DNA of 64,000 nt from an uncultured Neomegalonema sp. (GTDB lineage: Bacteria > Pseudomonadota > Alphaproteobacteria > Rhodobacterales > Rhodobacteraceae), in assembly GCA_937990185.1 (NCBI GenBank), contig CALKBI010000049.1, forward strand, positions 6,849 to 70,848, in the 5' to 3' direction. A program made the translations under genes and the position numbers. Shown piece after piece: positions 33,101 to 40,847 of this stretch (its first letter is position 1; the number at the start of each line of letters is the position of its first letter). The notes under the pieces were generated by a model. The model saw nothing but the letters and a program-made list of their open reading frames with translations. It did not search any database and was not told the DNA's origin.

Positions 33101-33125
33101 GGTTCAGTACAACCCGACAGCTTAA
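30105..33125 (+). CDS. large repetitive beta-helix-like secreted/surface protein candidate
   Basis: 1006 aa with a GTG start. A Gly/Asn/Ser-rich N-terminus with no signal peptide is followed by four 184-aa near-identical repeats plus a degenerate fifth. The C-terminus carries DGGEGFDTLNLDF, an RTX-like nonapeptide. Confidence 0.75.
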   Translation: MSFISESDRSQGQLRSIAALFERFNARFSNNDRGGNNSIRGGAQGQSNPSGNASSSEKLRPTTPTIVSRSETLDSGPATSAPGVAVSLSGGGTNAGASLLNQGAIVGRGQAPASDVTAGDGVRFEGPRAAEGGFEAASFGGIVANQGSITSESEVGSTAGLRFVDGVGVQGPVINAPGGEISGTNNGVYFGEADHSGGRFVNAGTVSSDSRAVNIDGDGLQVVNAGAIVGTGDQRNGTVYSDNTASNFDIVNTGSGVIDAGEGNDGAGISLSLEADGSNGEINVINQGTVAGRGQADASAATAGDGIRLEGNRSADGVPPGIFEGNVVNRGSVTSESGVGATSGFRAVDGLGVQGNIINGRGGEISGTNNGVYFGDGDHSGGRFVNAGTVSSDSRAVNIDGDGLQVVNAGAIVGTGDQRNGTVYSDNTASNFDIVNTGSGVIDAGEGNDGAGISLSLEADGSNGEINVVNRGSISGRGQGDASAATAGDGIRLEGNRSADGVPPGIFEGNVVNRGSVTSESGVGATSGFRAVDGLGVQGNIINGRGGEISGTNNGVYFGDGDHSGGRFVNAGTVSSDSRAVNIDGDGLQVVNTGAIVGTGDQRNGTVYSDNTASNFDIVNTGSGVIDAGEGNEGAGISLSLEADGSNGEINVVNRGSISGRGQGDASAATAGDGIRLEGNRSADGVPPGIFEGNVVNRGSIASESGVGPTAGFRTVDGLGVQGNVVNRAGGEISGTNNGVYFGDGDHSGGRFVNRGTVSSDSRAVNIDGDGLQTVNSGTIIGTGDQRNGTVYGDGSAENFSVTNTASGVIDAGEGNNGSALAHEIGDETGDLVDGSINNAGTLQGRGTGDTAATIGHGLRLNGGAGTEGTAAFTGDIVNSGNIAGSADSAAAAGISIEEVGVSGPIVNTGSVSGSVNAIDASTATSGITVVNAGEIDGNVILSENDDVFTLREGGSIDGLVDGGEGFDTLNLDFDDEAAAVQFANSEDISGFERINISGVQYNPTA
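30399..32606. repeat. tandem array of 552-bp (184-codon) units inside the CDS
   Basis: The marker ggcga(g/a)atttc(g/t)ggaaccaataacggcgt recurs at 30639, 31191, 31743 and 32295, exactly 552 bp apart. Copies 2 and 3 are nearly identical at the DNA level. Confidence 0.9.
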
Positions 33126-33202
33126 GTGCGCCTAACAGGTTACTCAAAAACCGGTTGCAATATTTTTTCGTTTAACGAACGCGACAATCAAACGATAATT
33201 TT

Positions 33203-33234
33203 GGCCCTCCTGCATTGGAGGGCCATTTTTGTTT
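33203..33234 (+). terminator. intrinsic terminator after the repeat-protein gene
   Basis: ggccctcc-tgcatt-ggagggcc followed by atttttgttt. Confidence 0.65.
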
Positions 33235-33299
33235 CTGAATGTCTGTGTAGAAAACCAAAAGAACAATCGGGCATCGACTTCAGCCGGGGATACTTCCGT

Positions 33300-34622
33300 T
33301 CAGAGCGTTCTTACTGCTGCTTCGATTGCGGTTCGGTGCGCGTTGTGTATTACGATTTGCGGACGGGCGCGCTGTAAATGCATTATTGCGTCATCCACAC
33401 TGGCATACCCACCGTAACGGACAAGCCATGCGACGGCGACGCTGGCCGAGCGAGAAAAACCCAGCGCGCAGCAAATCTGAACCGGCGACCCACTCTTGTG
33501 TGCCAACTCCACCGATAAGGCGGCTCGGGCGATTGTCTCCGGTTCAGGAACGATCAAATCCAAAGTTGAATGTGCAATCCAGTCTTTACCGTTGCTACGC
33601 CCGGGCAATTCGGCGCACATATCTACAATAGTGGTCCCGGCTTTGGGACGGCGAGGGCGCGGGCCGATGCTGATGCCCGGCGCGAACTCAGCCGTTGCGG
33701 GCAGGCCGCGAGTCCAAATCGCAGCGTTCAGCTTCACCCCAAGCAGGTATGGTTCCAAGAGCCATTTCGCCGCAAAGCTCATCTCCCCGGTCTCATCTTT
33801 CTGAAAGGTTATCGTGCCGAGAAAAGCATAAGCCGATGCTACCATTGTCAGACTGAGCGTTGGCCACAATAACCAGAGAAACCATCCGCCAAAGCCAATC
33901 GCTGCGATGGCAGATAACGCGGCGCCAATCGCGTAGAACGATGCCAGCCGCCAGCGCTTAGGATTGCTGGCCAGTTTTGCAGAGGCGAGCGGACTACGTC
34001 CGGTTTCAGGCCACAGCCATAAACAAAACAGGCCGAGCGCCGCGCCGGTCGGTACATCGAAAAAATGATGCTGATTGGCTGTCAGCACGGATATGCCGAT
34101 CAGGCCCGCCCAGATGTGCATGGGGATGTGCCAGCGTTTTGGAATGTGCCGCGCGTAATGAACCCAGAGGATGACCAATAGCGCGATATGCAGTGATGGA
34201 GCGAGGTTGAACGGCTTGCCAACCATGTCTTCCAATGCTGCGAAGAAGAACGCAAAAATACCTGTATCTGCGGGGATCGTGGAGGTGAGTTTTAGGGGTG
34301 CGATGATAAAAATCGTCACCGCAATTACCTGTGCGCTCAACAACCGCAGACCAAGCCGATCCAGCTCGAACCGCGTAACGCATAGAAACAACGATAGCCC
34401 ATAGAGTAGATCAATCGACCAATAAGGTACGACCGTCCACGCGAGAAACGGAATGTGGCGTTCCCATTCGAATACCAAAACGGGGACATGCGAGCGCCAT
34501 GAGACGATCTCCAGCGAGCCAAGATAGGTAATGAAGAAAAACGGCGCGAGAAATGACAGCCAGAGCAACGCCCGCCAAAAGGGGCGAGCCACTTGGTCAT
34601 CCGTTGGGTGTTGAAAAGTCAT
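33300..34622 (-). CDS. PAP2-like (sphingomyelin/IPC-synthase-like) membrane domain fused to a dual-specificity phosphatase domain
   Basis: A multi-TM N-terminal domain carries APSLH and NQHHFFDVPTG, which are PAP2 C2/C3-like motifs. The C-terminal domain carries CALGFSRS, the CX5R(S/T) phosphatase loop. The ATG at 34622 overlaps the upstream stop (ATGA). Confidence 0.75.
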   Translation of the reverse strand: MTFQHPTDDQVARPFWRALLWLSFLAPFFFITYLGSLEIVSWRSHVPVLVFEWERHIPFLAWTVVPYWSIDLLYGLSLFLCVTRFELDRLGLRLLSAQVIAVTIFIIAPLKLTSTIPADTGIFAFFFAALEDMVGKPFNLAPSLHIALLVILWVHYARHIPKRWHIPMHIWAGLIGISVLTANQHHFFDVPTGAALGLFCLWLWPETGRSPLASAKLASNPKRWRLASFYAIGAALSAIAAIGFGGWFLWLLWPTLSLTMVASAYAFLGTITFQKDETGEMSFAAKWLLEPYLLGVKLNAAIWTRGLPATAEFAPGISIGPRPRRPKAGTTIVDMCAELPGRSNGKDWIAHSTLDLIVPEPETIARAALSVELAHKSGSPVQICCALGFSRSASVAVAWLVRYGGYASVDDAIMHLQRARPQIVIHNAHRTAIEAAVRTL

Positions 34623-36379
34623 TTCGACACCCGCTGTGCCAAGCTGACCGTGAAGATGCCCCACTTGTCGATGCGCTGGTCGATCTTTTGGAACCCTGCT
34701 TCTACGACGAGTTGGTCCATTTCGGCCTGCACCCGTCGCCGCATAACCCATGCTTCGCCGCCGCGATGCGAGGTCAACGCCCGCGCGATCAGCTCTAATT
34801 GCGGATGCCATGGTTGTCCGGTGTAAACGAGATAACCGCCCTCTGGTATTGCGTGTCCCAACCCTTTCAACGATCTGCCGACCATTTCGTTGTCGGGGAA
34901 AAGTTCATAAAGGCCGGACACAATGGCGAGCGTTGGCTGCGGGTCGAGCGCTGCCAAATCTTCGCCATCGAACGCATCGCCTTGTTCAAACCGCGCAATA
35001 TCCGCGAGGTCCTTTTCTGCGATTAATGCGCGGCCTGCTTCGACATTGATATCGCTATAATCGCGCAGCAAGATACTGTCGGGTTTATCTTCTCGGGCCG
35101 TCAAAGCCTCTAGCACATAGCGCCCGTGGCCAGCGGCTATATCGACAATTCTGCTCGGTTGACCTTCGGCTTTTAGGCGCGAAAGAGCCGTGCCAATCAG
35201 TTCCTCGGTATTGAGTTTGCGTTGTCTAATGCCGCGCCAACCGATTGAGTTGAGATAGTTCTTGTCAATCAGACGACCGATTGGAGACGTCCCGCGTGGT
35301 TCGTTACGATAAACGTAATCGAGTGTAGAACCAGAATCGAAACCTGTCTCATGTCCCAGTGCGACACCCTCGGAGAGCTTGCCGCCAAGACGCATTGATG
35401 CCCGTGTTGCGGCCCAGTAAAGACCGAGCGAGCCGGTCGCAGGCGAGGCGAGCGCTTCTGCTTCATCTCTCGTGTAGCCCATCCGGTGAGCATCTAATAA
35501 ACTGGCCTGTTCGACGGGCCGCGCAAAGCAATCCGTAATGAAGCGGTTAATTTCGGTCAACGGTATCGCACGATCTTTTTCGCCCAATGTGTCGTGGAAG
35601 AATCCCTCAAGCACATGCCGTTCTTTCTTGGCCGACCCGAGATTGACGAAGAAATCATGCTGTGCTTTTGCGCGTACCACTTTGTCTGCGCCGGAAATGA
35701 ATAGTTGCACGGGACAGGTGATGGCTTTGGCATCCGAGACAACTCTTTCAGCAACTTTGTAGACATCCAACAACAGCGTCGAGGAAATGGGCCGGGTTAT
35801 CAGTGGATCAGTTTTGTAACTTGCGATCCGTTCAGCATCATGGGTCAGCATCTCTGGCTTTACGTAGCTGTTGACCATGAAGTTGCCTCTGATCTTTTGC
35901 CACAGTGTCAGGGCAGGGCGTGCGCCGGGGACAATCAGGTCAATGTCAAAAGCAGGAGAAGCCAGAACCATTGCGCGGATACGCGGTGCGTAATCATGCA
36001 CCCAAGCCGAGGCGATCACCGACCCAACGCTTTGGGCAAGGATTGCAATGTCCTCAATGGCCACTTTATCTTCATCGCAAATGTGCCGCACAAACGCGTC
36101 GGCATCGCGGATCAGCGTTGCGAAATCGGGTGCGGAGCCGGGTGCGCCCTCGGACCTCCCATGCCCCCTCGCGTCCCACGCATAAAAGTCAAACTCAGCT
36201 AACCCGCTTTCCTCGACCAGATGCGCCATGCGTCCACCATGCTCGTGGCCCCGATGGAACATCACGACGGCCCCCTTGGACACACCGCTGCGGGTTGGCC
36301 AATGACGAAAGAAAATTGACGATCCATCATGTGCAGTGAACTGGCGTTCTATGAACGCATGATGTGATTTCTCTGGCAT
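34619..36379 (-). CDS. alpha/beta hydrolase (lysophospholipase-like) fused to a class I SAM-dependent methyltransferase
   Basis: The N-terminal half has HRGHEHGGR, the nucleophile elbow AQSVG and GFFHD. The C-terminal half has methyltransferase motif I VDIAAGHGRY and downstream IVSGLYELF. Confidence 0.8.
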   Translation of the reverse strand: MPEKSHHAFIERQFTAHDGSSIFFRHWPTRSGVSKGAVVMFHRGHEHGGRMAHLVEESGLAEFDFYAWDARGHGRSEGAPGSAPDFATLIRDADAFVRHICDEDKVAIEDIAILAQSVGSVIASAWVHDYAPRIRAMVLASPAFDIDLIVPGARPALTLWQKIRGNFMVNSYVKPEMLTHDAERIASYKTDPLITRPISSTLLLDVYKVAERVVSDAKAITCPVQLFISGADKVVRAKAQHDFFVNLGSAKKERHVLEGFFHDTLGEKDRAIPLTEINRFITDCFARPVEQASLLDAHRMGYTRDEAEALASPATGSLGLYWAATRASMRLGGKLSEGVALGHETGFDSGSTLDYVYRNEPRGTSPIGRLIDKNYLNSIGWRGIRQRKLNTEELIGTALSRLKAEGQPSRIVDIAAGHGRYVLEALTAREDKPDSILLRDYSDINVEAGRALIAEKDLADIARFEQGDAFDGEDLAALDPQPTLAIVSGLYELFPDNEMVGRSLKGLGHAIPEGGYLVYTGQPWHPQLELIARALTSHRGGEAWVMRRRVQAEMDQLVVEAGFQKIDQRIDKWGIFTVSLAQRVSK

Positions 36380-36448
36380 TCTCTATACCCCAATTTGATA
36401 GCGCATGACGGTAAGTCGGCGTGTTCTTGGGCGAGTATAGCAAAGAAA

Positions 36449-36481
36449 TGAACAATGTTCAATAAAAATGAACACCGTTCA
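36449..36481. promoter_or_regulatory. two palindromic sites (TGAACAnTGTTCA, TGAACnnnGTTCA) spaced 20 bp apart; putative operator
   Basis: aaTGAACAATGTTCAat at 36449-36461 and aaTGAACACCGTTCAgt at 36469-36481, 70-100 bp upstream of the hydrolase/methyltransferase start. Confidence 0.35.
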
Positions 36482-36506
36482 GTATTTTTAATCAGATAGT
36501 CGAATA

Positions 36507-36932
36507 TTAGCTTTGCGTTAATGGGCTATCGGGTGCGAGATGCGTGATGCTGGCATCATAAATCTGCAGTTCTTCCCCCGTTTGAAATGGCGGGTTTTCC
36601 AGAACCAAAACCGGACAGGCTTTCCAGTTCATTTGTGCCGCAACCAACGCACCGATGGGTAAAATCGCATCGCGTCCACCGAGGATCAAAGCCGCTGGTC
36701 CGATGCCGCGATATAATAGCTCCAGCATCACCGCGCTGGATGAGGATGAACCGATGAGATGCTCGATCACCAGAATTGTTCCGGCAAGGCGTTTACCCTC
36801 TTGCGGATGACCTGCAAGACAAATCGCCGAGGTTTCAGGGTCAACCCCGCCCCAAAAGCTTATCGGCGCATCGAGGCGTAAGACCGTCCCGCTTGCGGTT
36901 CCGCCAATCAGAGCGTCGGCCTTTATCTCCAT
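36507..36932 (-). CDS. aconitase X swivel-domain subunit (DUF126)
   Basis: ISFWGGVDPETS...GKRLAGTILVIEHLIGSSSSS pattern. Overlaps the large-subunit stop. Confidence 0.8.
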   Translation of the reverse strand: MEIKADALIGGTASGTVLRLDAPISFWGGVDPETSAICLAGHPQEGKRLAGTILVIEHLIGSSSSSAVMLELLYRGIGPAALILGGRDAILPIGALVAAQMNWKACPVLVLENPPFQTGEELQIYDASITHLAPDSPLTQS

Positions 36933-38173
36933 AGCGCTGCATCCCTGACGAGCCGCCCTGCAACCGCACTCTCGATACATTCACCGAGTGAGCCGAACAC
37001 CGGGTCATGGCCGGTGTTGCCTTTAGAGTAATGCGCAAATTTGGCTGAGTTCGTCATCATCACCGCGCCATCTTCGGGCAAAATCGGTGTGACGACCACA
37101 CAGGTATCAACCACAAATTCCACCCCGAGGGCTGCTAGGTTCGCATCGCTGTTATCTTGCGCCAGAACATCCATCACATGCCGTCCTGTGCAGATGAAAA
37201 TTGGAATTTTGCTGCGGCGGCCTTTGAGCAAACGCTGCACGGCGTGGCATTCATCCACTGAGAAATGCGGACTGCCCAATGCGATGCTGTCGATGATCTC
37301 ACCCGATGCAAGACTCAAAGAGTCGCGGGTTTCCGCAATCATCGCGGGGGTGACGACAATAGTGTCGCCGATAGTTTCCGAAGCGCTCAGGTTTGGGGCT
37401 TCCGGAGTGACGCCCACAATATGGATCAACGCCGCCGCCCCGGTAGATGCGGCACCCGCACAAAGCGCTTTGAGTTGATCTTCGCGGGGATTGCTGGTCT
37501 CCAATCCGGCAACCACCGGAACGCTCTCTCCCGCAAGTCGCCCGATTAACGCGCCCAGCACGGGATAGAACGCATCTTCACGCCGCAGGTTTAGATCGAG
37601 TTGACCGACATCAATAATCAGTCGTCCCTGCCGCGCCTCGGTTTTGTGCAGACCATAAAGTGGTGCGAGTCCCGCGATGGCACAGGCAATGTCGAGAAAA
37701 TCTCCATAGCGATTGGTTCGTGCGCCCAGCACCGTATTCGCAAAAGCAACGGCGTTTGACTCGCCCCACGCAATTTGTTCCCCCAGCGCTGGTCTTGCCC
37801 CAGCTTGGTAAGGTGCGCAGGTCCAACTCGGGCGACATCCCATGCGGCTATGTGCTTCCATCAACCGAAATGCCATTTGTCTACGTTCGGCTGGAACTCG
37901 GACTTGATCAGGCTTGAGCAGATTCAACGCGCCAACATTGGTTGTCGAGGGAATGGAAACCTTCGCACCGGCCTCGGCCAATCTTTCGCAATAGAGAACA
38001 CCTGAATCGCCATGATACAAACAGCCGTCAATATGACTGGAAACCACAGGGACCAGAGCCTCAGCTCCCAACATGCGAGCAGCTCCGGTGACAATCTCCA
38101 TTGCCATACGTGTGCCTTCATCGGCGGTTTCTCCCGCAAGGATAGCGCGCTCTGAAGGGGTTAGGTGTACCAT
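36923..38173 (-). CDS. aconitase X catalytic subunit (DUF521); AcnX type II, e.g. cis-3-hydroxy-L-proline dehydratase-like
   Basis: 416 aa; SSHIDGCLYHGD..., ...CAPYQ..., ...GSPH... pattern typical of DUF521. Confidence 0.85.
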   Translation of the reverse strand: MVHLTPSERAILAGETADEGTRMAMEIVTGAARMLGAEALVPVVSSHIDGCLYHGDSGVLYCERLAEAGAKVSIPSTTNVGALNLLKPDQVRVPAERRQMAFRLMEAHSRMGCRPSWTCAPYQAGARPALGEQIAWGESNAVAFANTVLGARTNRYGDFLDIACAIAGLAPLYGLHKTEARQGRLIIDVGQLDLNLRREDAFYPVLGALIGRLAGESVPVVAGLETSNPREDQLKALCAGAASTGAAALIHIVGVTPEAPNLSASETIGDTIVVTPAMIAETRDSLSLASGEIIDSIALGSPHFSVDECHAVQRLLKGRRSKIPIFICTGRHVMDVLAQDNSDANLAALGVEFVVDTCVVVTPILPEDGAVMMTNSAKFAHYSKGNTGHDPVFGSLGECIESAVAGRLVRDAALWR

Positions 38174-38223
38174 GGTCTGATTGAAAAGTTGACGTATGGG
38201 GATGTTTGCGCCAAGCGTGAGTT

Positions 38224-38877
38224 ATGGAAGCTTCACATGCAAGTTTAGATATTCTGTCTGACCCGATTTGTCCTTGGTGTTATATTGGTAAGGTCAAGCT
38301 CGATCGAGCCTTGGCGCAACGGCCTGAGCACGGGCTTGATATTTTTTGGCGGCCTTATCAGCTTAATCCTCAGATGCCTGCTACAGGAATGGATCGTACC
38401 GAATATCTGGAAACCAAGTTTGGCGGGCCAGACCGTGCGCGTGCGATTTATGGTCAAATCCGTGATGCTGCGATAGCGGCGGGTTTGGCTGTGGACTTTG
38501 ATAAAATCACACGCACGCCTAATACATTCGATGCGCATCGTTTGATCCGGTGGTCGCGTTCGGATGGGTATCAGCAGGCCGTCGTCGATTCGCTGTTTGC
38601 CCGGTACTTTGAACGGGGTGAAGATATTGGCGACCGTTCTGTCCTTATGGATGTTGCGGCTGAGGTCGGCATGGATGCCGACGTTCTTATGGGTCTTTAT
38701 GACGCAGATGCTGATCGTGACCTTCTGACGGGTGAGGAAGCAATGGCCCGCGAAATGGGTGTTTCGGGCGTGCCGACATTCATTGTCGGACAAAAATTCG
38801 CTCTGTCCGGTGCTCAGGAAACAACTGCTTGGCTGGATGTTTTAGATCGCCTTTCGGAAGAGAGTGAGAAAGCGTAA
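38224..38877 (+). CDS. DsbA-family (FrnE-like) thiol oxidoreductase
   Basis: DPICPWCYIG active site and the C-terminal GVSGVPTFIV motif. Confidence 0.85.
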   Translation: MEASHASLDILSDPICPWCYIGKVKLDRALAQRPEHGLDIFWRPYQLNPQMPATGMDRTEYLETKFGGPDRARAIYGQIRDAAIAAGLAVDFDKITRTPNTFDAHRLIRWSRSDGYQQAVVDSLFARYFERGEDIGDRSVLMDVAAEVGMDADVLMGLYDADADRDLLTGEEAMAREMGVSGVPTFIVGQKFALSGAQETTAWLDVLDRLSEESEKA

Positions 38878-39003
38878 TTGCCTGACGGATGAAAATAATA
38901 AATAGTACATTATTGTTTATGGCCGGTTTTTTGCGGCGCTATGCGTCGTTAAGTTTTGATTAACTAAGGAAGTTGCTCCCTTTTTCGGAGCCATCTGACA
39001 TCA

Positions 39004-40197
39004 ATGAACCATGTAGTTGTTACCAGTACGGATGAGTTAACCGCGATTTGCCGGGCTTATGCCTCGGCTCCATACGTTACAGTTGATACTGAATTCATGC
39101 GTGAGCGGACCTATTGGCCAATCTTGTGCCTGGTTCAGCTTGGCCGCCCGAAAATGGATGGCGAAAGCGACGAGGATTGGAACCGCGACGGTGCTGTTAT
39201 CGTCGATCCAATGGCCGACGGTATTTCACTGGACCCGTTGTTCGAGCTGATGGCCGATAAGAATGTGTTGAAAGTTTTTCACGCGGCGCGGCAAGATGTC
39301 GAGATATTCCATAACCTTGCCGGGGCTGTGCCGGTTCCCCTTTATGATACACAAGTTGCAGCTATGGTCTGCGGCTTTGGCGATCAGGTCGGATATGAAA
39401 CGCTGGTGCGTAAGGTCGTAAATGCGTCGCTTGATAAATCGAGCCGCTTTACCGATTGGTCCCGTCGCCCGCTATCCGACAAGCAACTGCATTATGCGTT
39501 GGGCGACGTAACGCATTTGCGCCAGATTTACGAAACGCTCTCCGAACGTGTTGCGAAAGCGGATCGGTGTCACTGGGTCGCGGAAGAGATGGATATTCTC
39601 ACGAATCCTGCGACATACATCACAGAACCTTCAGAGGCGTGGCGGCGTCTGAAAATGCGCAATCCTACTGCTAAGTTGTTTTCGTCTGCCCAAGTTTTGG
39701 CGGCGTGGCGGGAAGAAGAGGCACAGCGCCGCAATGTCCCCCGCAATCGGGTGATCAAAGATGACGCAATCATGGAGCTGGCGGCGTCGCGCCCGAAAGA
39801 TCTTGAGACACTGAATAAAAGTCGTTTGCTAACGCGCGATAATCGGTCTGGAGAGAGTGCGAAATCAATTCTCGATGCCTTGGCCAAAGCCGGCAAGGCT
39901 GGTTGCCCTGATCTTCCAAGCCCAAAAGACAATCTGCGGCCAACTGCAGTACAAACGGCCTTGTCGGAATTGATGCGGACACTTCTGCGGGCAAAAGCTG
40001 CTGAAGCCGATGTCGCCCCTCGTCTGATTGCGTCGACAGCCGAGATTGATAGGCTTGCGGTCGAAGATGAACCGGCAGACCTTCCTGCTTTGCAGGGATG
40101 GCGACGTGAGGTTTTCGGCAATGATGCGCTGCGTCTTAAAAACGGGGATATTGCGCTGTCTGCAGGCCCGCAAGGTGTGAAGGTCGTTGATCTCTGA
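39004..40197 (+). CDS. rnd: ribonuclease D
   Basis: DEDDy exonuclease motifs (VDTEFMR, HAARQDVE, YALGDVTHL) plus an HRDC-like C-terminus. Confidence 0.9.
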   Translation: MNHVVVTSTDELTAICRAYASAPYVTVDTEFMRERTYWPILCLVQLGRPKMDGESDEDWNRDGAVIVDPMADGISLDPLFELMADKNVLKVFHAARQDVEIFHNLAGAVPVPLYDTQVAAMVCGFGDQVGYETLVRKVVNASLDKSSRFTDWSRRPLSDKQLHYALGDVTHLRQIYETLSERVAKADRCHWVAEEMDILTNPATYITEPSEAWRRLKMRNPTAKLFSSAQVLAAWREEEAQRRNVPRNRVIKDDAIMELAASRPKDLETLNKSRLLTRDNRSGESAKSILDALAKAGKAGCPDLPSPKDNLRPTAVQTALSELMRTLLRAKAAEADVAPRLIASTAEIDRLAVEDEPADLPALQGWRREVFGNDALRLKNGDIALSAGPQGVKVVDL

Positions 40198-40847
40198 TGA
40201 GGGTCAGTATCATTGCAGGCTCGCGTGAAGCCGATCAGATTTACGCAAACCTATCGAATGCCACAATGATTGATGGTGATAACCTGCCGGATGTTTTTGC
40301 GGCGGATCGAGTGATTGACGCCTCGCATCCATGCGAAGTCAAGACACCGGATGTCGTCGCGGCGCGCTGTGCAGAACAAGATATTCCGTATTTGCGCCTG
40401 CGCCGCAGGGCATGGGAGCCATTAGCGGAAGATGCTTGGCTAGAAGTTACAGACGCAACCGAAGCCGCAGATGTTTTGCAACGGGACTGGCGACGGGTTT
40501 TCTTGTGCCTTGGTGAAGCGGATCGCTTGCCGTTTATGGCGGATGACCAGCGTTGGTATCTCGTTCGTACCAGACAGAGTATGGCTGCGGCGATGCCACC
40601 ACATTTTGCACTGACCGATAAAGAAGGTCCGTTCCTTGTTGAGCAAGAAATCAATCTGATGCGTCATCATAAAATTGACGTGCTTGTGACTCGCAATGCA
40701 GGTGGAAAAGGGGCTGTTCCTAAGGTCTCAGCCGCGCGAGCGATAGGTGTGCCTGTGGTGATGCTGGCTCGACCTGCCGCGCCGGGTACAGAAGTCGCAA
40801 CGATTCGGAAGGCTTTGTCATGGTTGGGTTCTTCCGCGCGGCGATGA
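40197..40847 (+). CDS. precorrin-6A/cobalt-precorrin-6A reductase (CobK)-like protein, N-terminally shortened
   Basis: VIDASHPCE, RVFLCLGEA, GPFLVEQEINLMR and VTRNAGGKGAVPKVSAARAIGVPVVMLARP parallel CobK blocks. The GGFGG-containing segment is absent. The start overlaps the rnd stop. Confidence 0.6.
   Translation: MRVSIIAGSREADQIYANLSNATMIDGDNLPDVFAADRVIDASHPCEVKTPDVVAARCAEQDIPYLRLRRRAWEPLAEDAWLEVTDATEAADVLQRDWRRVFLCLGEADRLPFMADDQRWYLVRTRQSMAAAMPPHFALTDKEGPFLVEQEINLMRHHKIDVLVTRNAGGKGAVPKVSAARAIGVPVVMLARPAAPGTEVATIRKALSWLGSSARR

Noticed and set aside
36449-36481. Possible alphaproteobacterial LexA (SOS) box because of the GAAC/GTTC half-sites
   Set aside because: The required GAAC-N7-GAAC / GTTC-N7-GTTC direct-repeat spacing is not met on either strand. 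I kept the site only as an unassigned operator candidate.
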